This document shows positions 29,718 to 38,045 of a stretch of 64,000 bases of DNA, one piece after another. Origin of the DNA: Candidatus Delongbacteria bacterium (GTDB taxonomy: Bacteria; CAIWAD01). The notes under the pieces are model-generated. The model searched no databases. It was given only the letters and a program-made list of their open reading frames with translations, and had not been told where the DNA came from. The translations under genes and the position numbers were made by a program. The stretch lies in contig OY760505.1 of NCBI GenBank assembly GCA_963663545.1, forward strand, positions 1,632,001 through 1,696,000. Reading direction: 5' to 3'. The first letter of the stretch is position 1, and the number at the start of each line of letters is the position of its first letter.

Positions 29718-30944
29718 ATGTCCGAATCCCTCGCCCTGTCCCTGTACGCTGGTGTCGATCCCGATGCACAGAACCCACTGGTCCACAAGCCTGCGCTACT
29801 CATCAAGGACGCCGAGTTCCGCAAAGAGCTCAAGAAGGCCAGCAGCCAGCTGAGCGCTGAGGCCATCCAGAGCCTGACCTGGGTGCCGCAGCCGGTGTCC
29901 TTTGAAAGCCTGGCCGCCTTTCATCATCCGGTGCATGACAGTTGCCTGGACGTGAAGACGAACATGACGGTAGGGCTTGGACTGACAGAGGGCGGTGGTG
30001 ATACAGACGCAGACCTGCCCGGCAATATGACGGGCGAGACCTTTCTGGACGTGCAGGTGCAGGCGGGCAAGGATGCCGAGACCACGGGGAACGGCTACAT
30101 CGAGGAAGTGGACGGCGGGAGGGAATACTACTGGCTGCCCGCGCACACGATGGAGATGTCGGTCGATCGAGAGCACCAGCTCTACCGGCAGGTTGTGGGC
30201 GGTCAGACGAAGCTCTTTCGCGCGTATCACAACGAACGTGACTCGCACCTGAACCGCGTGATCCACGTCCGCTATCCAAGTACCTGGTCCACGTATTACG
30301 GCGGCATCAGCTGGATGGGCGGCATTCGGCATCTGCTCTTGTCTGAGAACGCGCTACGCTGGAACCAGGCTTTCTTTGCCAATCACTGCATGCCAATGGG
30401 CGTCCTTTACCTGACAGGTATGGAGCTGGACAAGAAGATTGCCCAGGGCCGCTACAAGGGCCGTACACCGCGCGACCTGGTGAAGAGCTGGCTGCAGGAA
30501 TCCTTCGGCGGCGCAGACAAGGCGCACCGGATCATGCTGCTCTCGTCCATGCTGGAGAACGCCAGTGTGAAGTTTGAGCGGCTGACGGAGCCGGTGAAGG
30601 ATGGCGACTTCCTGAAGCTGATGGACCACTGTGATACACGCATCGCTATTGCCCATCAGACACCGCGCGAGTTGATCTCGATGCCGGTAGCAGGCAAGCT
30701 GGGCAACACCTCAGGCGCTGAGCAACTGGTGATCTTCTTCCTGACGACGATTGCCGCACGCCAGCGCATCTGGAACACCACACTGAACCGCACCATCGGC
30801 GCTACCCACGGCAAGAAGCTGACCCTGCGCTCCTTCGACTACCAGAGCCTGCTTCCCCAGCAGCCTCAGCCCTTAACCCCTGAGGACGCCCTGGAGCGCG
30901 AAGTGAAGCGGCTGGAAAAGGCCCTTGGACGGTTGGTCGCGTGA
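29718..30944 (+). CDS. portal protein (PBSX/P2-like family)
   Basis: AAGGAGG RBS; TTGNGYIE, STYYG, WNQAFFAN..MP.G, KDGDFLKL....I.IAH.TP. Confidence 0.85.
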   Translation: MSESLALSLYAGVDPDAQNPLVHKPALLIKDAEFRKELKKASSQLSAEAIQSLTWVPQPVSFESLAAFHHPVHDSCLDVKTNMTVGLGLTEGGGDTDADLPGNMTGETFLDVQVQAGKDAETTGNGYIEEVDGGREYYWLPAHTMEMSVDREHQLYRQVVGGQTKLFRAYHNERDSHLNRVIHVRYPSTWSTYYGGISWMGGIRHLLLSENALRWNQAFFANHCMPMGVLYLTGMELDKKIAQGRYKGRTPRDLVKSWLQESFGGADKAHRIMLLSSMLENASVKFERLTEPVKDGDFLKLMDHCDTRIAIAHQTPRELISMPVAGKLGNTSGAEQLVIFFLTTIAARQRIWNTTLNRTIGATHGKKLTLRSFDYQSLLPQQPQPLTPEDALEREVKRLEKALGRLVA

Positions 30945-31813
30945 GACACCAGATCCAGCGCATTCACGCCCGTGGCGGCAGCGTCATCCTGAAGGCTGAC
31001 GAGTACTACAAGCGCCAGTCGGACAAGCTGCGTGCAGCGGCGCTGTCGGAGCAGGGCAGGATCTTCGAAGAGCATGTTGAGGGCGTCCTACAGGCGGCAG
31101 AAGCTGGGCGTGATGCGCTGGACTTGTCGCTCGAAAACCTGGACCGTGACCTGGGCGACCGCCTGGGCGAGGCCATGCGCGAGGAAGGCGCACGGATCAC
31201 TTCACGTGTCTACAGCCGGGGCATGATCGAAATCCTGGGCGGCAAAGAGTGGGAGTTCAATTCTACCGACCGGCTGGCCCTGCACTACCTGGAAGACACG
31301 GAAGTCTGCTACTGGGTGGGCAATCACTGGGGCGACAAGGTCTCGACTGCAGTGAAGGAAGCTGTAGCGCCAGCGTTTACCGAAGGCTGGACACGGCTGG
31401 AATTGATCGAGAAGCTGAAGACTACCTTCGCTGACCAGATCCGGCGCTCTGACAGCTACTGGTCCGGGCTGGCCGCCAACGCCGTGACACGCAGTCGGGG
31501 ATTCGGAATCACCGAAGCCGCCACGCAGGCCGGGCTCACGCAGGGCACGATTCGTGCCTTCCTGGATGACGTGACCTCGGATGTGTGTCGCTACTTGAAC
31601 GGGAAGACGATCCTGGTCTCGGATATGCGGCAGCTGAGGGACAGCATCCTGAGTGCCCAGGACCCGGAGGCGGTCAAGGCGCTGGCGCCGTGGTTGTCGC
31701 TGGAAGAGCTGAAGGCGCTGGTCACGCCGGAGGGGCAGATTCCCGTGTCACACAGTCTGCCGCCGTATCACTTTCACTGTAGGAGTTTTGTAGTCTTTCA
31801 ACATGCTGTTTAG
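30941..31813 (+). CDS. head morphogenesis protein (SPP1 gp7 / Mu F family)
   Basis: LDDVTSDVCRYLNGK and LPPYHFHCRS. Confidence 0.88.
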   Translation: MRHQIQRIHARGGSVILKADEYYKRQSDKLRAAALSEQGRIFEEHVEGVLQAAEAGRDALDLSLENLDRDLGDRLGEAMREEGARITSRVYSRGMIEILGGKEWEFNSTDRLALHYLEDTEVCYWVGNHWGDKVSTAVKEAVAPAFTEGWTRLELIEKLKTTFADQIRRSDSYWSGLAANAVTRSRGFGITEAATQAGLTQGTIRAFLDDVTSDVCRYLNGKTILVSDMRQLRDSILSAQDPEAVKALAPWLSLEELKALVTPEGQIPVSHSLPPYHFHCRSFVVFQHAV

Positions 31814-32636
31814 GGGAAATACCGGATCCATTTGACCACGCAAACCGATAGAACCGTTCAGTAGCATCAAGGATACTCCACGATCTAGTGTTCATTGTCT
31901 TCTTGTACTGCGAAAACTTCTCAACGAGATACTGACGTGGATCTTCTGGCTTCTGCAGTCCCGAGGGATCTAGCAAGTGGCCATGCTCAGTCTTTCCCTG
32001 GTAGTCTGTAGGGATGTTGTAGCTCAAAAGGAGCTGATGCCCGAGTTCCTGATTTGAAAAGAAATGGAGCGGGGACTTGCGGTGTGCTGCATCTATTTCG
32101 TTGTAAACACAACCATCATTGGCGGGTAATTCTGGAAGTACAACTCGGACTCCTGCAAGCTTCAGGCGCTCCTCAATCTTATGCGCAATGACTATCGAGC
32201 GTCCTGCAAACTGGTTTGTTCCTTTGAGTGCAATGAACTCTCCCTCTACGACACCGCCTCTAATTGGAAACCCATGGCTCAACATGGAATGAGCGAACTG
32301 AGTCAGATAGATGAAAAAACATGCAATACGCCCGGTTTGATCGGAAGCCCAGTTTCTTGCGTTCTGGGGTGTTACGATTTCGTATGGCATGAAGAACAAC
32401 GTCGAATCGCTAACATCAATCCAGTCCAACTCTCGAATGGCGCGATCGAAGTAGCACTGTTTTTCGCTCTTTCCAGATTGCAACAAGCTTTGCTTGGTCG
32501 ATGCCGAAAGTGTTGTTTTTAAAATCGATGCTGAATGCCTTGCGAGGTTAGCAATGTCAATACATCGCTGTGGATCATTGTTTTCTAGAAAACTTGAATA
32601 TCCAAGCACATCGCAGAATGCTACCAGGCCTCTCAT
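31722..32636 (-). CDS. AT-rich moron, class III nucleotide-cyclase-like fold
   Basis: VAFCDVLGYS...SDS...FPIRGGVVEG...FAGRSIVIAHKIE; GGAGGG RBS before MRGL. Confidence 0.6.
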   Translation of the reverse strand: MRGLVAFCDVLGYSSFLENNDPQRCIDIANLARHSASILKTTLSASTKQSLLQSGKSEKQCYFDRAIRELDWIDVSDSTLFFMPYEIVTPQNARNWASDQTGRIACFFIYLTQFAHSMLSHGFPIRGGVVEGEFIALKGTNQFAGRSIVIAHKIEERLKLAGVRVVLPELPANDGCVYNEIDAAHRKSPLHFFSNQELGHQLLLSYNIPTDYQGKTEHGHLLDPSGLQKPEDPRQYLVEKFSQYKKTMNTRSWSILDATERFYRFAWSNGSGISPKQHVERLQNSYSESDTAADCVTRESAPPA

Positions 32637-32682
32637 TTTCCCTCCAGCCATGTGAGGTTTATCATTCACGTCACACTTGAAT

Positions 32683-34164
32683 CTACACAAAATCCACTTC
32701 CACTCCCGCCTGATCCCTCAGCACCGGCGCAATCACGCTGATCGCTGTCGCGTCACCCACGTCCGGCGAGGGTAGTCCACGCTTCTCCATCGAATCCTTG
32801 CTCTCCAGTACCAGCTGCTGGTTGCTGTTGTAGCTGACCTTGGGGCCGGTGAGGTCCATGTGCAGCTCGTCGCTGTCGGGAATGTCGGCGTCCATCAGCC
32901 AGATGCGCGTGAGATCCCACATCTCGGTACGCACCTTGTAGTAGCGCTCGGCGTCCATGGCACGGGCGCCAGCGTTCACACGTAACACGTCCCAGCCCAT
33001 CTCTTCCAGTCGGTCGGCAATGGGCTTGCCCAAGCCGATGTTGTCAATGCCCACGAGCTTGACGCCCTTCGCGCGCATGGGGCGCAGGAAGCGGCCCAGT
33101 ACGCTCATGGTGTTCTTCTCGTCTGAGGTCTCCATGTGCAGGATTTTCCGGCCCTGACGTATCACAAGGGCGCTTCTGTCCTCACCCTCGCCTGCCGGGT
33201 CGATACCGGCCACAACAAGACCACTGGGCTGTGATACAACGCGCAGACGTGCAGCCGTCACGATCTCGGAGTTGATCAGGACGCGGCTTGTGGATGCCTG
33301 GAAGGCCTCTGAGACGGTCGCCGGGTACTCCTGCTTGAACAGGGACAGGCTGCCCAGCTCGATCACCTTGAAGCGGCGCCAGGCCATCTGCTCAAGGCTC
33401 AGGCCGTGGGTCTCCTGGATCAGCGTCTCTTCCTCGTCCAGCTCGAAGTCTTCCGGCACGGCCATCTGGTACTCGAGCACGTCGAACCACGGGAAGAAGA
33501 TCAGCTCGAAGTCACCGCGGCCCTTCACGGCGTCCATGCACTTCTGGTGGAACACGTTACCCAGGCCGTTGCCCGTGGACTCCAGAATCACTTCGGTGTC
33601 TGTAGTACGCGGCACAGCCTGTAACACACCAGCCAAGTGGTCGCGTGCGTTGGGCCAGAAGCCGACCTCGCTGCCGTGGAAGTACTGCACGGTTGACGAG
33701 CGGCCTGTGGACTTACTGCCAGCCGTGCCGACGCGGTATCCGCTGTCCAGCTTGTCGAAGAAGAGTTCCTTGGCGCTAGCGGCACCGGCGTGGGGCTGCA
33801 GGACTTTCGGGCAGTGCTCGTGATACCTGTGTGCCATCTCGAAGAGGTTGTCCGTAGCTGGCTGCTCGTGGGTCAGGATGTAGGCGCGCACACCGAAGCG
33901 GTGTGTCACGAGCCAGTAGAAGCGGCCCTCGACGTAGGTGGAACAGCCTGGCTGCCGGGGCTTGAGAATGAGGACCCGCACCATACCGGTGCGGGCCTTC
34001 TGGTTCTCAATCCTGCGGTGGATCATCTGCTGCGTCGGGTTCAGCCGGAAGGGAAGAATACCGCCTTCCTTGGGCCGGATCTTCAGGCAGCGCTCGGCGT
34101 AGTGCGGGAAGTCGTCCTTGAGCCGCTGCATGATGGCGCGGCTCTGGCTGCTTAAGCGCTTCAT
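32683..34164 (-). CDS. terminase large subunit
   Basis: LKPRQPGCST Walker A, FHGSEVGFW, ESTGNG, nuclease GIDPAGEGED and SPDVGDA. Confidence 0.92.
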   Translation of the reverse strand: MKRLSSQSRAIMQRLKDDFPHYAERCLKIRPKEGGILPFRLNPTQQMIHRRIENQKARTGMVRVLILKPRQPGCSTYVEGRFYWLVTHRFGVRAYILTHEQPATDNLFEMAHRYHEHCPKVLQPHAGAASAKELFFDKLDSGYRVGTAGSKSTGRSSTVQYFHGSEVGFWPNARDHLAGVLQAVPRTTDTEVILESTGNGLGNVFHQKCMDAVKGRGDFELIFFPWFDVLEYQMAVPEDFELDEEETLIQETHGLSLEQMAWRRFKVIELGSLSLFKQEYPATVSEAFQASTSRVLINSEIVTAARLRVVSQPSGLVVAGIDPAGEGEDRSALVIRQGRKILHMETSDEKNTMSVLGRFLRPMRAKGVKLVGIDNIGLGKPIADRLEEMGWDVLRVNAGARAMDAERYYKVRTEMWDLTRIWLMDADIPDSDELHMDLTGPKVSYNSNQQLVLESKDSMEKRGLPSPDVGDATAISVIAPVLRDQAGVEVDFV

Positions 34165-34565
34165 TCCAGTTCCTTCAGCGCGTCCTCGTGTGATACGTCC
34201 TCGGTCTCCGTGTCACGCGTTCCGGCCAGAATGCGGCCCATCGCTTCGGCCACCCGGGCGAAGTCGGCCTTCACCTGCTCGGCCTGCATCTTGGTGTGCA
34301 GGTGCTGGAGGCTGAGCAGCTGGATCTCCAGCGCCAGCGAGCGGACGTCGGACTGACGCTTGGCGGACTCCGTGGCCATGCGGGCTTCGACCTCGGACTG
34401 GACGCGGGCCTGCAGGCTGTCCCAGTCGTACTTCTTCGCCCAGCCGCGCACGGTGCCTTCAGGAACACCGATCGCACGGGCGGCCATGCGGTAGTTGCCC
34501 GTGTCGAGAAACTCCTTCAGGGCCTGATTGATGACGGTCTGCGAGTAGACTTCCTTTCTGGCCAT
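34161..34565 (-). CDS. terminase small subunit (HTH)
   Basis: AARAIGVPEGTVRGWAKKYDW; overlaps the terL start. Confidence 0.7.
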   Translation of the reverse strand: MARKEVYSQTVINQALKEFLDTGNYRMAARAIGVPEGTVRGWAKKYDWDSLQARVQSEVEARMATESAKRQSDVRSLALEIQLLSLQHLHTKMQAEQVKADFARVAEAMGRILAGTRDTETEDVSHEDALKELE

Positions 34566-34575
34566 AGGACGCGGC

Positions 34576-34779
34576 TTACCTCGTGTTACCGTGAAGGGCG
34601 GCCTGTGCGACGTAGTGCGCGCGGTCCTGTCTGCTGGGGCCCTGGATCAGCTCCGGCGTCTCTTCGCGATAGCCGCAGACGCTGCACTTCCTCAAACGAT
34701 AGACCCGGTCCCTGGAAGACCGGGGGTCCGTGTGGATCACCTTGAAGGCGCCCTTGCCGCAGGCGGGGCACATGATCAT
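34576..34779 (-). CDS. Ogr/Delta- or NrdR-like zinc-ribbon protein
   Basis: MCPACG...V..T...YR.RKCSVCG. Confidence 0.6.
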   Translation of the reverse strand: MIMCPACGKGAFKVIHTDPRSSRDRVYRLRKCSVCGYREETPELIQGPSRQDRAHYVAQAALHGNTR

Positions 34780-35186
34780 TCGAGCTCCTTGAGCAGTTCT
34801 TCGTAGTCGTGTTCCAGATCCTCTTCCAGGTCCTTGGCGCGGAAGCCGGGCACACGGCGCGCCAGGTAGAAGCGCACCATACTGGCGTTGCCCTTGGCTA
34901 CCAGGCGCATACCGTTCTCGGCGACGAAGGCGTAGCCCTTATGCTGCGCCTGGTCCACGAGGAATTCGAACTCCTTGTCGGTGCGTCGCCACCGGCGCAT
35001 GGTGTCAGGATGCACGCCCGCGACGTAGGCGGCAGTGTCGAGAGTGAGACCGCGCTGCAGGCAGCGCAGAATGGTCTTCGTGACTTCTTCGGTGCGTTTG
35101 CCTGGGCGTCCGGGTCTGGGTTTACGGGCCAATTCTGCCCCCCTGTCTTCAATGGCATCACGAAATATCCTCCTGGTGCAACTCAT
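34776..35186 (-). CDS. second terminase-small-subunit-like HTH protein
   Basis: GRPGK.T....TIL..L..G.....AA..AGVHPDT.RRW...DKEF. Confidence 0.6.
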   Translation of the reverse strand: MSCTRRIFRDAIEDRGAELARKPRPGRPGKRTEEVTKTILRCLQRGLTLDTAAYVAGVHPDTMRRWRRTDKEFEFLVDQAQHKGYAFVAENGMRLVAKGNASMVRFYLARRVPGFRAKDLEEDLEHDYEELLKELE

Positions 35187-36558
35187 CGCTTCCTGTTTCG
35201 ATTGCCTGGGGGAAGGTGTCCCGGATCTGGCGCGGGTCCCCCTTGTAGAACACCAGCACGTTCTGGTGACAGCGGCCCAGCTTGCGTGATACGGCGAAGG
35301 TGCGCCCCGCGCGCATGGCCAGACTGGCAGCCTGATTCAACAGCACAGCCTCGTTGTAGTAAATCAGACCGGCGTCTTCAAAGGCCTCTATCGTGGCCGG
35401 GACAAGCCCACGATAGCGGCCCTGCTTGTCGCGGATCTCGGTGACAACCCAGACAGCGAAGCGGTTCTCCTTCAGGTGCTGGGCGGCCTCGCGGATGATA
35501 TGGCGGTAGGTCTTCAGGAACTCCTCCCAGGACATGTTCGACAGGTCGGCGGAGTTGTCGCTGTAGACCTCGAGATCGCCGTAGGGCGGGCAGCTAAAAA
35601 GCAGGTCGAACTGTTCCTGGATCAGGCGAAGCTCGCAGCTTGAGTCTCCCTGATACCAGGTGACGTCTGCTTCGGGTAGAAGGGTTTCCTTCTGCGCCTT
35701 GTTGGCGGTGACCTGTTCCGGGCGCAGTTCGATTCCCGTGTAGGACAGGCCAAGCTTGCCGGCAACGATGCCGCGCACGCTTCCGCCGGCGAAGGGGTCC
35801 AGCACGCTGCCGCCTTCGGTGCAGAACCAGCGATAGGCCAGCTCGCAGAGGACGGGATCGAAGATGCTGGTGCCGTTCATGCGGATCGCTTCCGGGTGCG
35901 CCTTGGCGAAGTCGTCCCAGCTGACCTCGTGGCCGATGCGCTTCTCGTAGGCGGCCTTGGCCTCGTAGACTTCCGGCGGCTGGGCAGACAGCGAGAAGGT
36001 GAGGCCCTCCTGCGTGGTGTCGTCGCCGTTGCCGCGTCCGAGTTCCGACTGGATGCCCAGGGCCAGCCAGGCGCGGCGGCGCTCCTGCCAGAGTCCGGAG
36101 CGCGTGTCGAGGATCGAGAAAGGCGGAACCAGGAAACGCTCGGCCAGGCTTCCGGTGCGGCCCGTGGTGTCGGTGTCGAGGTCGTCGAGGGTAAGCCCAA
36201 ATTCGTCCAGGTCGATGCCCAGCTCGGCCAGTCCCTGCAGTTCGAGGTCTAGTAGTTCTTCGTCCCATTCGGCGATCTCGCTGACGCGGTTGTCCACCAG
36301 GCGAAAGGCGCGCAGCTGGGCGTCGGTGAGGTCCTCGGCGATGTGACACGGCACTTCGGGCAGTTCGAGCAGGAGGGCGGCTTCGAGGCGCGTATGGCCA
36401 CAAACGACGGTGCCTTCGGTGTCGATCACCAGCGGCACGCGGAAGCCGTACTCGCGGATGCTGGCGGCCACTTTCGGGACCGCCTGTGTGTTACGGCGCG
36501 GGTTGGCGGCGTAGGGAATCAGGGTGCGCGGATCGCGCATGGTTACAGGGAAGGTCAC
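35158..36558 (-). CDS. ParB/Srx-domain fused DNA amino-methyltransferase
   Basis: LIPYAANPR..GF..P..GHTR..AA..DNR (ParB); LDPFAGGSVRG motif I; FSCPPY motif IV; GTG start coupled to upstream stop. Confidence 0.85.
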   Translation of the reverse strand: MTFPVTMRDPRTLIPYAANPRRNTQAVPKVAASIREYGFRVPLVIDTEGTVVCGHTRLEAALLLELPEVPCHIAEDLTDAQLRAFRLVDNRVSEIAEWDEELLDLELQGLAELGIDLDEFGLTLDDLDTDTTGRTGSLAERFLVPPFSILDTRSGLWQERRRAWLALGIQSELGRGNGDDTTQEGLTFSLSAQPPEVYEAKAAYEKRIGHEVSWDDFAKAHPEAIRMNGTSIFDPVLCELAYRWFCTEGGSVLDPFAGGSVRGIVAGKLGLSYTGIELRPEQVTANKAQKETLLPEADVTWYQGDSSCELRLIQEQFDLLFSCPPYGDLEVYSDNSADLSNMSWEEFLKTYRHIIREAAQHLKENRFAVWVVTEIRDKQGRYRGLVPATIEAFEDAGLIYYNEAVLLNQAASLAMRAGRTFAVSRKLGRCHQNVLVFYKGDPRQIRDTFPQAIETGSDELHQEDIS

Positions 36559-36854
36559 TTTGCGGTCTCCACTTGCTCTTGATGGTGCTTGCCCAGGTAT
36601 CTCAGGATGCCAGCCACTCCACTTGTCCTCACACGCTTCTCGCCAGCCACCTGCCATTTGTGGTGCGTTGGCCAGAAGTTGATCCGCTTCCCATTCCCGG
36701 TTGTGATGATGACATGGAATCCGTTGTTCTTCAGCTCGTACGCGATTCCAGCCCTCTGCAAATCCTGGAGCGCGACGGCTTCGCGGGCTCTGCGCCGGAT
36801 CCGCTGTGCTTCCCGGTACTCCTTCCAGAGCTCCTTAAGGTCTTCGTCAGCCAC
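36555..36854 (-). CDS. hypothetical phage protein
   Basis: GGAGGG RBS; coupled to downstream MTase gene. Confidence 0.65.
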   Translation of the reverse strand: MADEDLKELWKEYREAQRIRRRAREAVALQDLQRAGIAYELKNNGFHVIITTGNGKRINFWPTHHKWQVAGEKRVRTSGVAGILRYLGKHHQEQVETAK

Positions 36855-36871
36855 AGATTCCCTCCGGTGTG

Positions 36872-37096
36872 TTACTCATGGCCACTCTTCCTCGGTTTCA
36901 GTCCCCCGCCCACGTACAGCGCCTCGTTTGCTGTGATACGTTTCCGGCGGCTTGCTTCTCTGGCCAGCCGGAAGCGGATACGCAGGTGGAGGGTGAGTTC
37001 TTCCTCGAGCGCGATGATGGCTTCGCGCGGAACCTGGGTGTAGCCGGCACGACTGGCGATCTCGCGCAGGCGGCTGTGGTTGAGCAGGGATTTCAC
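36872..37096 (-). CDS. histone-fold protein (bacterial Bd0055-like), 74 aa
   Basis: GTG start at 37096 with GGAGG RBS and GTGA coupling; LLNHSRLREIASRAG.TQV.REAI.AL...L.......LAREA.RRKRITANEA follows the histone-fold pattern. Confidence 0.7.
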   Translation of the reverse strand: MKSLLNHSRLREIASRAGYTQVPREAIIALEEELTLHLRIRFRLAREASRRKRITANEALYVGGGLKPRKSGHE

Positions 37097-37335
37097 GCGG
37101 CCTCCTGGATCTCGATTCCGCTCGATGTTGTCCACGGCTTGCCGTCACGGTAATGCCAGGCCCAGTCAGCTGACACATAGCCAATTCTCTCAGGCTGATC
37201 AGGTGGGATGTAGTTCTGCATCAGCAGCTCACCGCAGATGCTGCAGGAAACCCCAGCAGGCACATAGGCATGCGTGAGATAAGCATGCTTGTGGCTACAT
37301 GGCTCTGGCGGAAAGGCGAGCATCAACTGGTTCAT
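37093..37335 (-). CDS. small Cys/His-rich hypothetical protein
   Basis: MNQLMLAF...CSHKH...CSICG; ATGA coupling. Confidence 0.55.
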   Translation of the reverse strand: MNQLMLAFPPEPCSHKHAYLTHAYVPAGVSCSICGELLMQNYIPPDQPERIGYVSADWAWHYRDGKPWTTSSGIEIQEAA

Positions 37336-38045
37336 GCTGCATCCCCCCTGATCTCCTCCCACCGGTACTCGCCACCGATGGCTCTGTGATACGTGCTCGG
37401 TCCGGCGATGTAGCGCGGGTCCTGCAGCCAATTGCGCAAGTCTTCCAGCGTCCTGGTGTAGAGCGGCAGGCTGCAGCCATAGTCGTCCACAGGCGCGCGG
37501 CCCAGGTCGATGCCGAGCTTCGCTTCGATGGCCCTGGCGAGGGTGTCGATGATCCACAGCGCGTCGGCAAAGACCCACTCCTGCAGCGTCTGGTTCTCGG
37601 CCCTGCGATCCATCCAGGCATCGTTCCACCAGCCAGGCAGGCCGCTCCTGCCAGCACAGCTGCAGGGCATGGCAATCCAGGTCAGGCGCCAGTAGCCGTA
37701 GGGGTTCTCGCGATCGGTGGGCGTCCAGCGAGGCAGGTGGAGCCAGTGGCTGTTGCCGCACAGGCTGCAAAGACCTTCGACGTTGCGGGCGGCGTTGCAC
37801 TGCTCGCGGTAGTGGGCATCGGCGATGCGGGCGGCGGCGGTCATGCTGGCCAGCGGATCGGCCTTCTTCCACGCTCTGCGGCAGGTGTCGATGAAAGCCA
37901 GAATCCAGGTATCCGGCTTGCCATAGGCCATCTGGTGGGCCTCGCCAAGAATGCTCGCAATCATGTTTGCATCCCGCTCGTCGTGATAGTTCTTCAGCGC
38001 CAGTACCTGTCGCTGGAAGGCTTGTGTGAATTCGTCGCGTGTCAC
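37332..38045 (-). CDS. hypothetical replication-region protein (CxxC...CxC)
   Basis: GTGA-coupled to the replication initiator; CSLCG...PCSC resembles the Zn motif of helicase-loader N-termini. Confidence 0.55.
   Translation of the reverse strand: MTRDEFTQAFQRQVLALKNYHDERDANMIASILGEAHQMAYGKPDTWILAFIDTCRRAWKKADPLASMTAAARIADAHYREQCNAARNVEGLCSLCGNSHWLHLPRWTPTDRENPYGYWRLTWIAMPCSCAGRSGLPGWWNDAWMDRRAENQTLQEWVFADALWIIDTLARAIEAKLGIDLGRAPVDDYGCSLPLYTRTLEDLRNWLQDPRYIAGPSTYHRAIGGEYRWEEIRGDAA

Noticed and set aside
35158..36558. Phage MTase as the cause of the GTGAYAC enrichment
   Set aside because: Specificity cannot be read from the sequence and the motif is equally dense in host genes, so no link can be supported
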